From: Octopus vulgaris
Taxonomy: Eukaryota
Direction: 5' to 3'
Assembly (NCBI GenBank): GCA_951406725.2
Contig: OX597840.1
Location: 33,480,001 to 33,544,000 of the forward strand
DNA length: 64,000 nucleotides
Position numbers and translations under genes: made by a program. Below are positions 1-14,808 of the stretch, one piece after another (within the stretch, counting starts at the first letter, position 1; each line of letters starts with the position of its first letter). A model generated the notes under the pieces. It searched no databases, was not told the DNA's origin, and saw only the letters and a program-made list of their open reading frames with translations.

Positions 1-1
1 A

Positions 2-32
<31 letters not shown>

Positions 33-1013
33 TTACGACAATCTTGTTTCAGTTTCTGTCTATCAAATCTATTCTCCACTCGGAAGGTTTTGGTGGGCTC
101 GAGATACTTGCTGAAGGTGCCAATCAGTGTGACTGAACCCGTATCCATTTAGGTGAGAAGTATGTTGATGGTATTAAAAAACTTTTATGAAGGTTTTTTT
201 TAGGTTTCATCCAAATTTGATGCACCTTAATGAACCAGTTTTCAAGCCCTCACATCATGACGTCACTGTGATAATTCTTAAAGGGGATTCTTTTAGGTGC
301 AAACGTGGCTGTGTGGTAAGAAGCTTGCTTCTCAACGACATAGATCCGGGTTCAATTCTAATTTGTGGCTCCTGTGTCCTCTTGTATTATGTAAAAATAA
401 AATAAAATAAAAGTGAAAAGCAATTCTGTATTTAAGGGAGACCTGCACAAAAGGGAGGCTGTTGTTAACAACAGAAGTGGTTAGAGCTGGCGGTGGTGAC
501 TCTGGTGGTGGTGGTGGTAGTGGTGGTGGTGGTGGTAGTGGTGGTGGTGGTGGTGGTGGATACGGTGCACTGAGGTGTGATGGGTGGTGTTGTTCTTATG
601 ATAGTGGTGATGGTGGTGGTGGTGGTTGTCACTGTCGTGTTGACGCTCTGGTGGTGGAGGTGGTGCTGGAATGGTGCCGCCTACTTTAGTATTTGCTGAA
701 GCAGTTTGGAACGTGTGTGTGCCTGCCTCTGTGTGATGTGTGTGTGTGTGTGTACGTGTGTGTGTACGTGTGTGTGTGTGTGTGTGTGTGCGTGCGTGTG
801 TGCTGTTAGTTCCGAATTGGTATTTTATCCATTCATTCTTGGAGCAGATGTTTCTTCCTTAGTAATGAAGAATTTAGGGTTTCTTTCTACTATGAAATTC
901 TTTCTTACTTTTCAGTCAAAGTACTAAAAGACTTATTTAGTATCCTTTTGGTCATTTCTACAAGTTTGGTAGTCAGTATGGTTGGTTGGTATTGGTATCT
1001 TGGCTTTAGTATC

Positions 1014-1134
1014 GATCTGGTGTCGCTACGATGGTCAAACAGTAGTGTCCACTCATTGGTCAAACTGACCATTGCATGCCTCTGGTTTTCCCAATGACCT
1101 AAGCACAGTTCTTAGTACTTCAGTGGGCGTGACA
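1014..1134 (+). promoter_or_regulatory. Conserved array core: ERE-like palindrome GGTCAaacTGACC (1058-1070), two CCAAT boxes, GGGCGTG GC box
   Basis: Motifs read directly; the palindrome is intact in all 8 units. Regulatory function is inference only. Confidence 0.3.
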
Positions 1135-1562
1135 TTCCAGTTGAAAACAGAAATAAGGAGAGACTTTTAACCGAGATTTGGTAGCACTAGTTTCTCGAGG
1201 GAGTAGATTGCAATACTTTTCGTTCTTTCTTTTCATTTCTGTCATTAGGCTGCGGCCTTGCTGGGGCAGTATCTTGAACAGATTGAAGTCAAATTAATCG
1301 ACCCCAGTAGTTTTTTTAGTGTTAAACCTGGTTCGTATTCTGTCATTTACTTTTGCCGAACCTCTAAGTTACGGGACGTAAACACACTAACACAGGCCGT
1401 CAAGTGGTTGTGGAAGAATAACAAAAACAGAATGACACATATTCATACATACACACACACACTCATACATACACGCACGTACACTCGGATATGGACCACA
1501 CGCACGAGCGCGTATATCTATACGTACATTGCATACATACACACACACATACATACATACAT

Positions 1563-1671
<109 letters not shown>

Positions 1672-2319
1672 CATATTTACGACAATCCTGTTTCAGTTTC
1701 TGTCTATCAAATCTATTCTCTACTCGAAAGGTTTTGTTTGTCTCGAGATACTTGCCGAAGGTGCCAATCAGTGCGACTGAACCCGTAACCATTCAGATGG
1801 GAAGCAAGTTCATAGAATTAGAAAACTTTTATGGGGTTTTTTTAGGTTCCATCCAAATTTTATGTACCAAATGACCCAGTTTTCAAGCCATCACGTCATG
1901 ACGTCACTGTGATAATTCTTAAAGGGGATTATTTTAGGTGCAAGCGTGGCTTTGTGGTAAGAAGCTTGCTTCTCAATGACATGGATCCGAGTTCAATTCT
2001 AATTTGTGGCTCCTGTGTCCTCTTGTATTATGTAAAGAAATAAAATAAAAGTGAAAAGCAATTCTGTATTTAAGGGAGACCTGCACAAAAGGGGGAGGCT
2101 GTTGTTAACAACAGAAGTGGTTAGAGCTGGCGGTGGTGACTCTGGTGGTTGTGGTGGTGGTGGTGGGTACGGTGCGCTTAGGTGGAGCGGGGTGGTGCGT
2201 GGTGTTTATATGGTAGTGGTAGTGGTGGTGATGGTGGTAGTCGGTGTCGTGTTGAAGTTTGGGTGGTGGAGGTGATTCTTTAGAATTTGCTGAAACAGTT
2301 TGGAACGTTTGTGTGTCTG

Positions 2320-2418
<99 letters not shown>

Positions 2419-3170
2419 ACTGTTAGTTCCGGACTGGTATCCATTCTTATAGCAGAAGAGCGATCAAGAATTTAGTGTTTCTTTCTACTATGAAATTCTT
2501 TCTTACTTTTCAGTCAAAGTACTAAAAGACTTATTAGTATCCTTTTGGTCATTTCTACAAGTTTGGAAGTCAGTATGGTTGGTTGGTATTGGTATCTTGG
2601 CTTTAGTATCGATCTGGTGTCGCTACGATGGTCAAACAGTAGTGTCCACTCATTGGTCAAACTGACCATTGCATGCCTCTGGTTTTCCCAATGACCTAAG
2701 CACAGTTCTTAGTACTTTAGTGGGCGTGACATTCCAGTTGAAAACAGAAATAAGGAGAGACTTTTAACCGAGATTTGGTAGCACTAGTTTCTCGAGGGAG
2801 TAGATTGCAATACTTTTCGTTCTTTCTTTTCATTTCTGTCATTAGGCTGCGGCCTTGCTGGGGCAGTACCTTAAACAGATTTAAGTCAAATTAATCAACT
2901 CCAGTACTTTTTTAGTGTTAAAACTGGTTCGTATTCTGTCATTTACTTTTGCCGAACCTCTAAGTTACGGGGACGAAAACACACTAACACAGGCCGTCAA
3001 GTGGTTGTGGAAAAAAAGCAAAAACAGAATGACACACACACTCACACATACACGCACGTACACTCCGATATAGACCACACGCGCGAGCGTACATTGCATA
3101 CATACATACATTGCATACATACATAAATACATACATACATACATACATACATACATACATACATTCATGC

Positions 3171-3251
<81 letters not shown>

Positions 3252-4010
3252 TATATACTACCATTTCAACCACTGGTCATTCGAACACATAATACAGTTA
3301 AAAACAATCACGTGGATTCTGTTGAGACCAGTAAGAAACAATTATGAACTTTTTTATTACACTTAACTTTTTGAAATATTTTTGATAAGGTTCGTTTTTT
3401 TTCAAGAAGAACCGAAACATGTAAAATCTCTAAGAAAATTAAATTTTATCTTATATAATGGCGTTTTCAAACTTCTTTTTTATAAATATATACCCACTCG
3501 TATACCACCTACACTTATATATATATATATACATACATACATACATAATTACGACAATCTTGTTTCAGTTTCTCTCTATCAAATCTTATTCTCTACTCGG
3601 AAGGTTTTGGTTGACTCGAGATACTTGCCGAAGGTGCCAATCAGTGTGACTGAACCCGTAACCATTCAGGTAGGAAGCATGTTGGTAGAATAAAAAAGAA
3701 CTTTTATGAGTGAAAAGCAATTCTGTATTTAAGGGAGACCTGCAAAAAGGGAGGCTGTTGTTAACAACAGAAGTGGTTAGGGTGGTGGTGGTGGAGGTGG
3801 TGGTGGTTGTGGTGGGGTGGTGGAGGTGGTGATGGATACGGTGCACTGAGGTGTGGCGGAGGTGATGGGTGGGGTTCATGTGGTAGTGGTGGCGGTCGGT
3901 GTCGTGTTGAAGGTTGGGCGGTGGAGATGGTGCTGGAACGGTGCCGCCTACTGAAGCAGTTTGGAACGCGTGCGTGCCTGCCTCACTGTGTGATGTGTGT
4001 GTGTATGTGT

Positions 4011-4087
<77 letters not shown>

Positions 4088-5144
4088 GTTAGTTCCGAAT
4101 TGGTATCTATTCATTCTTATAACAGAAGAGCGATGAAGAATTTAGTGTTTCTACTATGAAATTCTTTCAGTCAAAGTACTAAAAGACTTGTTAGTTAGTA
4201 TCCTTTTGGTCATTGCTACAATTTTGGTAGTCAGTATTTGGTTGGTATTGGTGTCTTTTGGTTGTTGGTACAATTTTGGTAGTCAGTTGGTATCGAGGTT
4301 TTAGTATAGATCTGGTGTCGCTAGGATGGTCAAACAGTAATGTCCACTCGTTGGTCAAACTGACCATTGCATGCCTCTGGTTTTCCCAATGACCTAAGCA
4401 TAGTTATTAGTACTTTAGTGGGCGTGACACTCCAGTTGCAAATACAAATAAAAAAGAGAGACTTTAACCTGAGATTTGGTATCAATAGTTTCTCGAGGGA
4501 GTAGATTGGAAGTATTTTTTTAACATCCAAGTTTCGAGGACGTAAACACACTAACACAGGCCGTCAAATTGTTGTGGAAGAAAGACAAAAACAGAATGAT
4601 ACACACACACTCACACATACCTAATGACCCAGTTTTCAAGCCCTCACATCATGACGTCACTGTGATAATTCTTAAAGGGTATTCTTTTATGTGCAGGCGT
4701 GGTGGCTGTGTGGTAAGAAGCTCGCTTCTCAACGATATGGATCCGGGTTCAATTCTAATTTGTGGCCTCGTGTATTATGTAAAAAAATAAAATAAAAGGG
4801 AAAAACAATTCTGTATTTAATGGAGACCTGCACAAAAGGGAAGCTGTTGTTAACAACAGAAGTGGTTTGAGATGGCGGTGGTGACTCTGGTGGTTGTGGT
4901 GGTGGTGGTGGTGGAGGTGGTGGTGGTGGTGGAGGTGGTGGTGGAGGTGGTGATGGATACGGTGCGCTGAGGTGTGGCGGGAGTAGTGGGTGGTGTTCAT
5001 ATGATAGTGGTAATGGTGCTGATGGTAGTGGTCGGTGTCGTGTTGAAGTTTGGGTGGTGGAGGTGATGCTGGAACGGTGCCGCCTACTGAAGCAGTTTGG
5101 AACGCGTGTGTGTGCCTGACTCTGTGTGATGTGTGTGTGTGTGT

Positions 5145-5177
<33 letters not shown>

Positions 5178-5805
5178 ATGTGTGTGTGTGTGTGTACTGT
5201 TAGTTCTGGATTGGTATCCATTCATTCTTGTAGCAGAAGAGCGATGAAGAATTTAGTGTTTCTACTATGAAATTCTTTCAGTCAAAGTACTAAAAGACTT
5301 ATTAGTAACCTTTTGGTCAGTGCTACAATTTTGGTAGTCAGCATTTGGTTGGTATTGGTACCTTTTGGTTGTTGGTACAATTTTGGTAGTCAGGAATTGG
5401 TATTGGTATCGAGGCTTTAGTATAGATCTGGTGTCGCTACAATGGTCAAACAGTAGTGTCCACTCATTGGTCAAACTGACCATTGCATGCCTCTGGTTTT
5501 CCCAATGACCTTAGCATAGTTCTTAGTACTTTAGTGGGCGTGACACTCCAGTTGAGAATACAAATGAAAGGGAGAGACTTTTAACTGAGATTTGGTACCA
5601 CTAGTTTTTCGAGGGAGTAGATTGGAAGTATTTTTTGAACATCCAAGTTTCGGGGACGTAAACACACTAACACAGGCCGTCAAGTGGTTGTGGAAGAAAA
5701 ACAAAAACAGAATGACATACACACACTCACGCATACACGCACGTACACACGCATACACGTACACTCGGATGTGGACCGCACGCGCGAGTGCGTATATCTA
5801 TACAT

Positions 5806-5837
<32 letters not shown>

Positions 5838-5899
5838 GTATGTATGTATGTATGTAAGTATGTATGTATGTATATTATGCTTACTGTTCGTTTTTCGAC

Positions 5900-6192
5900 A
5901 TCAGTGGCAGACGCCATTAGAAAAACTTATATCTATTTGCAAAGGAGCCTTCCCTTTCATCGCTACCTGGTGGTTACCGCCCGTTGACGAGGGACAACAA
6001 TCCCGAAACTAGTTCGAGCGTATCACTCAGGCTTGCGAGGAAGGGATGGCCTCCCTTTGCAAATACTCCAAGGACACTGATATTGTGTCTAAAGCCAGCT
6101 AGAGACGAAGATCTCTTGGGGCTATAAGGCTACAGTAACACCCCCCTCCCCAATGTGGTTAGCCATGATAAGATGGCTTCTATACTTTACAT
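5900..6192 (+). mobile_element. Penelope pLTR/retrozyme-like fragment with hammerhead motif (5979-6019), inserted in a microsatellite of the array
   Basis: gcccg-TTGACGA-gggacaacaatccc-GAAA-ctagtt-cgagc; homologous to the 47211-47743 element; (TA)n on the right flank. Confidence 0.6.
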
Positions 6193-6893
6193 TATATATA
6201 TATATATATATACATACATATTTACGACAATCTTGTTTCAGTTTCTGTCTATCAAATCTTATTCTCCACTCGGAAGGTTTTGGTTGACTCGAGATACTTG
6301 CCGAAGGTGCCAATCAGTGTGACTGAACCCGTAACCATTCAAGTTCATAGTATTAAAAAACTTTTATGAAGGTTTTTTTTTAGGTTTCATCCAAATTTTA
6401 TGCACCTAATGACCCAGTTTTAAAGCCAACACATCATGACGGCACTGTGATAATTCTTAAAGGGTTTTCTTTTAGGTGCAAGCGTGGAGGCTGTGTGGTA
6501 AGAAGCTTGCTTCTCAACGACGTGGATCCGGGTTCAATTCTAATTTGTGGCTCCTGTAGCCTCTTGTATTATGTAAAAAAATAAAATAAAAGTGAAAAGC
6601 AATTCTGTATTTAAGGGAGACCTGCACAAAAGGGAGGCTGTTGTTAACAACAGAAGTGGTTAGAGCTGGCGGTGGTGACTCTGGTGGTTGTGGTGGTGGT
6701 GGTGGTGGTGGTAGTGGTGGATACGGTGAGCTGAGGTGTGACGCGGGTGGCGGGTGGTGTTCATTTGGTAGTGGTAATGGTGGTGATGGTGGTGGGATCC
6801 TTGTCGTGTTGACGTTTGGGTGGTGGAGGTGGTGCTGAACGGTGCCGCCTACTGAAGCAGGTTGGAACGCGTGTGTGTGCCTGACTCTGTGTG

Positions 6894-6986
<93 letters not shown>

Positions 6987-7609
6987 GTTAGTTCTGGATT
7001 GGTATCCATTCATTCTTGTAGCAGAAGAGCGATGAAGAATTTAGTGTTTCTACTATGAAATTCTTTCAGTCAAAGTACTAAAAGACTTATTAGTAACCTT
7101 TTGGTCATTGCTTTAATTTTGGTAGTCAGCATTTGGTTGGTATTGGTATCTTTTGGTTGTTGGTACAATTTTGGTAGTCACTCTTTGGTTGGTATCGAGG
7201 CTTTAGTATAGATCTGGTGTCGCTACGGTGGTCAAACAGTAGTGTTCACTCATTGGTCAAACTGACCATTGCATGCCTCTGGTTTTCCCAATGACCTTAG
7301 CACAGTTCTTAGTACTTCAGTGGGCGTGACACTCCAGTTGAAAATACAAATAAAAAGGAGAAACTTTTAACTGAGATTTGGTATCACTAGTTTCTGGAGG
7401 GAGTAGATTGGAATAATTTTCGTTCTTTCTTTTCGTTTCTGTCATTAGACTGCGGCCATGCTGGGGCAGCACCTTCAACAGCTTTTAGTCACATTAATCA
7501 ACCCCAGTAGTTTTTTAGTGTTAAACTTAGTTCGTATTCTTTCATTTACTTTTGTTGAACCTCCAAGTTACGGAGACGTAAACACGCTAACACAGGTTAC
7601 AAAGACAAG

Positions 7610-7652
<43 letters not shown>

Positions 7653-7677
7653 GGACAGGGACGCACGCGCGCACGTA

Positions 7678-7841
7678 TGAGTGGCTGTGTGGTAAGTAGC
7701 TTGCTTCCCAACAACATGGTTCCGGGTTCCATCTCACTGCGCGACACCTTGGGTTACTGTTTTCTACTATAGTCTCGGGCCGACGAAAGCCTTGTGATTG
7801 GATTTGGTACACGGAAACTGAAAGAAGCCTGTCGTATATAC

Positions 7842-7877
<36 letters not shown>

Positions 7878-8120
7878 CTGTTTGTCCCCACAACTTCGCT
7901 TCACAACCGATGTTGGTTTACTTACGTCCCCATAACTTACCAGTTATGAACTTTGTATAAGTTCTTGAAAGAAAGCAGTTTGGCAAAAAAGACTAACAGA
8001 ACAAGAATTAGGCTTAGCACACACACACTAAAAGTAATAGGGTCGATTCATTCGACTGAAAATTCTTTAAGGCTCTGCCCCAGCATGGCCGCAGTGGATT
8101 TACTGTAACAAATAAAAGAT
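7678..8120 (+). mobile_element. tRNA-derived SINE, family A (dominant family in the window)
   Basis: Head GAGTGGCTGTGTGGTAAG...GGTTCC, body GGATTTGGTA..CGGAAACTGAAAGAAGCC, internal microsatellite, tail CCAGCATGGCCGCAG. Confidence 0.8.
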
Positions 8121-8454
8121 TAAAAAACAATTCTGTATTTAACGAAGATCTGCAGAAACGGCAGTTCTTTGTTAACAACAGAAATGGTTATAACTAGCAG
8201 TGGTGATGGGGGAAGGGTGGTGGTGTGGGGGAAGGGTGGTGCTGGTGTTTACGTTGCACTGGGTTGTGGCAGGGGTGATGGATGGTATTCTTGTGGTAGT
8301 GGTGGTGATGGCGATGGTGGTGGTGGTCACTGTCGTGTTGACGCTCTGGTGGTGGAGGTGGTGCTGGAATGGTGCCGCCTACTTTAGTATTTGCTGAAGC
8401 AGTTTGGAACGTGTGTGTGTGCCTGACTCTGTGTGATGTGTGTGTGTGGTGCAT

Positions 8455-8493
<39 letters not shown>

Positions 8494-9034
8494 TGTGTGT
8501 GAGCTGTTAGTTCCGAATTGGTATTTTATCAATTCATTCTTGGAACAGATGTTTCTTCCTTAGTAATGAAGAATTTAGTGTTTCTTTCTACTATGAACTT
8601 CTTTCTTACTTTTCAGTCAAAGTACTAAAAGACTTATTAGTATCCTTTTGGTTGTTGGTACAAGTTTGGTAGTCAGTATTTGGTTGGTATTGGTATCTTG
8701 GCTTTAGTATAGATCTGGTGTCGCTACGGTGGTCAAACAGTAGTGTCCACTCATTGGTCAAACTGACCATTGCATGCCTCTGTTTTTCCCAATGACCATA
8801 GTATAGTTCTTAGTACTTCAGTGGGCGTGACATGCAGTTTTTAACTCTGCATGCAAAAACATATTAGATACAAATATTCTTTACCTTGGGACAAATTCTT
8901 TCTTGACCAGTGTTATTCTTATTGTAGTTTACAAATCTAAGCATGAAAATGTTACTCAACTTCGGAGTTTTGGAGACAGACGCCCCTCTTTTAACACACA
9001 CGCCCACACACACATGCAATTATATAGTTTCTTT

Positions 9035-9408
9035 TACTCTTTCCCCTGTTTCAGTCATTTGACTGCGGCCATGCTGGAGCACTGCCTTTTTAGTCGAGGA
9101 AATCGACCCTCAGGACTTATTCTTTGTAAGCCTAGTACTTATTCTATCGGTCTCTTTTGCCGAACCGCTAAGTTACGGGGATGTAAACACACCAGCATCA
9201 GTTGTCAAGCGATGTTGGGGACAAACACAGACACACATATATATAGATATATACGACGGGCTTCTTTCAGTTTCCGTCTACCAAATCCACTCACAAGGCT
9301 TTGGTCAGCCCGAGGCTATAGTAGAAGACACTTGCTCAAGGTGCCACGCAGTGGGACTGAACCCGGAACCATGCGGTTCCTTAGCAAGCTACTTGCCACA
9401 CAGCCACT
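9035..9408 (-). mobile_element. SINE family A, full length
   Basis: Reverse complement of the family A head, body and tail. Confidence 0.88.
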
Positions 9409-11134
9409 CGATGTACACAAATCTTTGACAGGTATACATAATATTGAATACGCATAAAGCAAACACATGCAGACAAATATATTAATAGAACAAATACAAA
9501 AAAATAGTAAAAATCTTACAATCTTTAAAGAGACAAAAGAAACAGTAAGATGATACGTGTTGATTTTATTAGGTATTTCTGTTTATTTAGAAGCCTACAA
9601 TGGACAGGTCATTTCACAGAAGCTAAACTATAAATTTCACAGGGTACAACCTTAAAGTTGACACTGCTCCGCTAAATGTAAAAAATTTCTGCTTCACTCA
9701 TGGCTAAAAATACAGTTTTTTCGAGTTTTAAACCTCTGCAAATTTTCCTTCTAATTTTTTTCTCCACAATACCATACCTTCATAGCAATTAGACTGGAAA
9801 GCTATATTATTATAGCCGATTTTCAGATTTTTTACTGTCTTTTAAAAAACGCATATTTTGTGAATCAGTTTAACTGATCCCGGTTTGGCAAAAGAAGCTA
9901 ACAGAACAGGAAGCACACACACCAAATGTAATAGAGTCGATTCATTCGACTAAAAATTCTTCAACGCTTTGCTCCAGCATGGCCACAGTCTAATTACTGA
10001 AACAAGTAAAAGAATAAAACAGGAAAAAAATTCTGTATTTAACGAAGATCTGCAGAAACGGGAGGCTTTTCTTAATAAGAGAAAATTGTTAGAGCTGGCG
10101 GTGGTGATTCTAGTGGTGGTGGCGATGGTGGTGGTGGTGGTGGTAGTGGAGGTGGTGTGGTTGTTCTTGTGGTGATGGATACGGTGCACTGAGGTGTGAT
10201 GGGTGGTGTTGTTCTTATGGTATTGGTGATGGTAGCGGCGGTGGTCACTGTCGTGCTGACGCTCTGGTGGTGGAGGTGGTGCTGGAATGGTGCCGCCTAC
10301 TTTAGTATTTGCTGAAGCAGTTTGGAACGTGTGTGTGTGCCTGACTCTGTGTGACGATGTGTGTGGTGCATACGTGTGTGTGTGTGATGTGTGTGTGCGT
10401 GCGTGTGTGCTGTTAGTTCCGAATTGGTATTTATCCATTCATTCTTGGAGCAGATGTTTCCTTAGTAATGAAGAATTTAGTGTTTCTACTATGAAATTCT
10501 TTCTTACTTTACAGTCAAAGTACTAAAAGACTTATTAGTACCCTTTTGGTCATTGCTACAATTTTGATAGTCACTATTTGGTTGGTATTGGTATCGAGGC
10601 TTTAGTATAGATCTGGTGTCGCTACGATGGTCAAACAGTAGTGTCCACTCATTGGTCAAACTGACCATTGCATGCCTCTGGTTTTCCCAATGACCTAAGC
10701 ATAGTTCTTAGTACTTTAGTGGGCGTGACATTCCCGTTGAAAATACAAATAAAAAGGGGAAACCTTTAACTGAGATTTTGGTATCACTAGTTTCTCGAGG
10801 GAGTAGATTGGAATTATTTTCATTCTTTCTGTTCTGCGGCCATGCTGGAGCAGCGCCTTCAACAGCTTTTAAATTAATCAACCCCAGTACTTTTTTTGCT
10901 GTTAAAACTGGTTCGTATTCTGTCATTTACTTTTGTCGAACCTCCAAGTTACGGGGACGTAAACGCGCCAGTACAGGTCACAAAGACTGAAACACACACA
11001 CACACACACACACACATCACACATGCATACTCGCGCACGCAGTCACGGACGCGCGCTCCTATATCTTCACATGCATGCATACATACACACACACACACAT
11101 ACATACATATGTATATATATATATACATACATAC

Positions 11135-11490
11135 ATCTCTTATATAAAATCCGTTCTGTCTGTCTGTGTGTGTGTCTTCTAAGATCTCGGGCACCCTCCA
11201 TCCGATTGTACTCAAATTTGGTATGTAGATACCGACGCTATCAAAGCGTGTATAAGTCTTGAAAAAATTACTTTAGACTCTTCAGTTGCATATTTGTGTG
11301 AATAAAATCGTTTTTCTTTAGAATAGAAAAAAAGTCTATCTTTATTTCTTCTTTTGCTGGTGTCTGAAATTTAGGTTAAATCAGTGTTTCTCAAAGGGGA
11401 GGCCTATGGGACGGTCGGACGAGTTGTTTTGAGAAAATTTGGTTTAAATGTTTGACAACTCAGCACCGTCCACGAAGCGTTTTGCTCGTG
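11135..11490 (+). mobile_element. Possible non-autonomous Helitron (second family)
   Basis: Begins a|TCTCTTATATAAAATCCGTTCTGTCTGTCTGTG, like Helitron 5' ends; ends CTCGT inside a TA microsatellite; 3' hairpin weak. Confidence 0.4.
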
Positions 11491-11522
<32 letters not shown>

Positions 11523-11874
11523 TATATATATATATATACATACATACATATATATATTTATGCATACATATATAAATATATATATTTACAATGAGCTTCT
11601 TTCAGCAAGCGTCTATCAAATCCATTCTCTACTTACAAGGGTTTGTGGTTGACTCGAATCTATAGCTGGGGTTACCTGCCGAAGGTGCCGATTAATGGGA
11701 CCGAACCCGTAACCATTTTGTTGGGAAGCAAGTTGATAACATTAATAGAAAAAAAACATTTAATCGTTTCTTTTTAGGTTTTATTAAATGTGTTATGCAC
11801 CACGTGACCCAGTTTTCAGTCTTTCAAGATATGACGTCACTCCGTGTCAATTCTTAAAAGATATTATTATAGGT

Positions 11875-12295
11875 GAAGGCGTGGATGTGTGGTAAGAAGC
11901 TTGCTTCCCAACGGCATGGATCCGGATTCAGGCCCAGTCTGTAGCTCCTTGCACATATGTCTTTTTGCTATGTAAACTCGGACTGAAGAAAACCTGAGCG
12001 GATTTGGTTGACGGAAACTGAAATAAGCTAGTCGTGCATGTGTGTGTGTGTGTGTTTGTGTCTGTTGTCCCCCCACAGCAACCTGACGACTGGTGTTGGT
12101 GGGTTTACGTCCTTGTAAGAAAGCGGTTTAGCAAAAGAGGCTGACAGAGCAGGAACCAGGCTTAAGTAGCACACACACACACACACACACATACACACAA
12201 AAGGAATAGGATCGATTCCTTGGTCTAAATATTCTTTAAGGCTCTGCCCCAGCATGGCCGCAGTCTAATTACTGAACAAATAAAAGAATAAAAGA
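11875..12295 (+). mobile_element. SINE family A, diverged
   Basis: Head GGCGTGGATGTGTGGTAAGAAGCTTGCTTCCCAAC, body and CCAGCATGGCCGCAG tail. Confidence 0.78.
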
Positions 12296-12564
12296 GAAAA
12301 AAACAATTCTGCATTTAACGAAGATCTGCAGAAACGGCAGGCTTTGTTAATAAGGGAGAATGGTTAGGGCTGGCGGTGGTGATTCTGGTGTGTGGTGGTG
12401 CTGGTGGTGCTGGTGCTGGTGGTGGTGGTGGTGGTGGTGGTGGTCGCTGTCGTGTTGACGTTCGGGTGGTGGAGGTGGTGCTGGAATAGTGCCGCCTACT
12501 TTTTAGTATTTGCTGAAACACTTTGGAACGTCTGTGTGTCTGTGTTTGTGTAATGTGTGTGTGT

Positions 12565-12645
<81 letters not shown>

Positions 12646-13124
12646 TAGTTCCGAATTGGTATTTATCCATTCCTTCTTGGAGCAGATGTTTCCTTAGTAA
12701 TGAAGAATTTAGTGTTTCTACTATGAAATTCTTACTTTTCGCTAACAAGTACTAAAAGACTTTATCCTTTAAATCCATTTGTTGGTACCATTTTGGTTGG
12801 TAGTCAGTATTGGTATCTAGGCTTTAGTACAGATCTGGTGTCGCTACGGTGGTCAAATAGTAGTGTCCACTCATTGGTCAAACTGACCATTGCAAGTCTC
12901 CGTTTTTGCCAAGTCCTTAGTACTTTTGTGGGCGTGGCATTCGCAGAAGCATACAAATAAAAGTGTGTGTGTGTGTCTGTGTGTGTTGTATTTTTCCCGC
13001 ACCACTACTTAACAAATGGTGTTCGTGTGTTTATGTCCCTGTAACCTTATGGTTCGGCAAAGGAGACCGATGGAATAAGTATTTGGCTTTAAAATTTTCT
13101 GGGATAGATTCATCCGTCTGCAAA

Positions 13125-13505
13125 GCTTTGCTCCAGCTTGCCCCAACTTTGGCCCAGCTTTGCCTCATTTTTCCCCCAGCTTTGCCTCAAATTTGCCCTA
13201 GATTTGCCCCAACTTTGCCCCAACTTTGCCCACCTTTGCCCCAGCTTGCCCCAGCTTTGCCCCAGTTTTGCCCCCAGCTTTGCCGCAGTTTTGCCCAGCT
13301 TTGCCCCAGTTTTGCCCCAGTTTTGCCCCAGCTTGTCCCAGCTTTGCCTCAGCTTTGCCCCCGTTTGTCTCAGCTTTGCCTCAGCGTTGCCCCAGCTTTG
13401 CCCAAGTTTTGCCCCAGCTTGTCCCAGCTTTGCCGCAGCTTTGTCCCAGATTTGCCCCAACTTTGCCCCAGTTTTGCCCCAGCTCTGCTCCAGCTTTGCC
13501 GCAGT
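13125..13505 (+). repeat. 10-11 bp minisatellite (CCCCAGCTTTG)n within a SINE A tail
   Basis: Roughly 35 variant units read directly; flanks match the SINE A 3' region. Confidence 0.92.
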
Positions 13506-13777
13506 TTAATGACTAAAAGAAGTAAAAGTGGACAGGAAAAACAGACGATAATTCTAATCCAATCTCTCTAAAACCCATCTCAGCAAATTTGCTTCAAAAC
13601 TTTTTCTGTGTCTGAAAGTTATGAGGAAACAAAGTCGAGAGCAAGGTACTTGTGTAGAAATAGACTAAAGGGACACATGCATACAGATGAACACACACAT
13701 ACATTCACACACATAAATACATAAAACTATAGAACAAGTTTACACACATACATATATACACACACACACACGTATAG

Positions 13778-13818
<41 letters not shown>

Positions 13819-13905
13819 AACACATATGAAGATGTAGTGAAATATAGAAACACACATACATATAATACGGAATAAGCAAACACATATACAAATACACTCG
13901 TGCAT

Positions 13906-13940
<35 letters not shown>

Positions 13941-14475
13941 TAAAAACACAGAGAAATATACACATATAGGAATACGGAACAAGCAAACGTATACACACAC
14001 ACATATACACGCGTGCGCCGAGTACACACACACACGCACACACAGAGAGAAAAAGAGATAGACACACGCATATATAAGTACTTAGAACAAGCCAATATAT
14101 GCATATACACACGGGCATAAAAGCGCACACAACTATACACATAATACACACAGACACAAATATATACACAAATACACACCTCTTCTCGCGTGCGCTTAAA
14201 AAAACATACAGAGAAATATGTTAGAAGCAGACGACACACACACACACGTGTACACACACAAATACACACATATACATATACAAGATCGTAAGGTAAACAT
14301 ACACAAATGCATATAAAAATATGGGACAAGCAAACACACGCACACAACACGACACACAGATGTAGAAGCAAAGATTAGATGCGAAACAATATGGCTGCGA
14401 TTGTGATTAGTCGACGCCATATTTACTAGTAAGGTTTATCCAAGCGAAGTCACCTCGCGATCTGCATCAGTGATT

Positions 14476-14507
<32 letters not shown>

Positions 14508-14769
14508 AAGAGAAAGGCAGATAGAGAGAGAGGGGGAGAGAGAGGGAGAGAGAAACAAAGACAGAATGGGAGATAGAAAAAGAGGGAAAGAGGAAAAAAG
14601 TGAGCGACTGAGAGAGAGAATGACAGAAAGAGAGAGCGAGGGAGAAAGGTACGAAGGAAAGGAAGGAATGAGGGAGGGAGGGAGGGAGTGGGAGGATAAT
14701 CGAGGGAGGGCGTGGTGGGTGTGTAGGGAAGAAGAAGAAAAGGGAGCAAAAGAAAGCGGAAGTGCAAAG

Positions 14770-14808
<39 letters not shown>

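Noticed and set aside
1025-1080. Array core as a miRNA hairpin
   Set aside because: By-eye pairing gives only short stems with a large asymmetric loop; not pre-miRNA-like, although folding was not computed.
2515-2695. 59-codon open frame after an acceptor-like TTTTCAG in array unit 2
   Set aside because: Units 1, 3 and 4 have frame-breaking indels or stops, so the core is not coding.
12963-13571. 202-aa PQLCP repeat protein
   Set aside because: Mixed 10/11-bp units inside a SINE tail, open in several frames on both strands.
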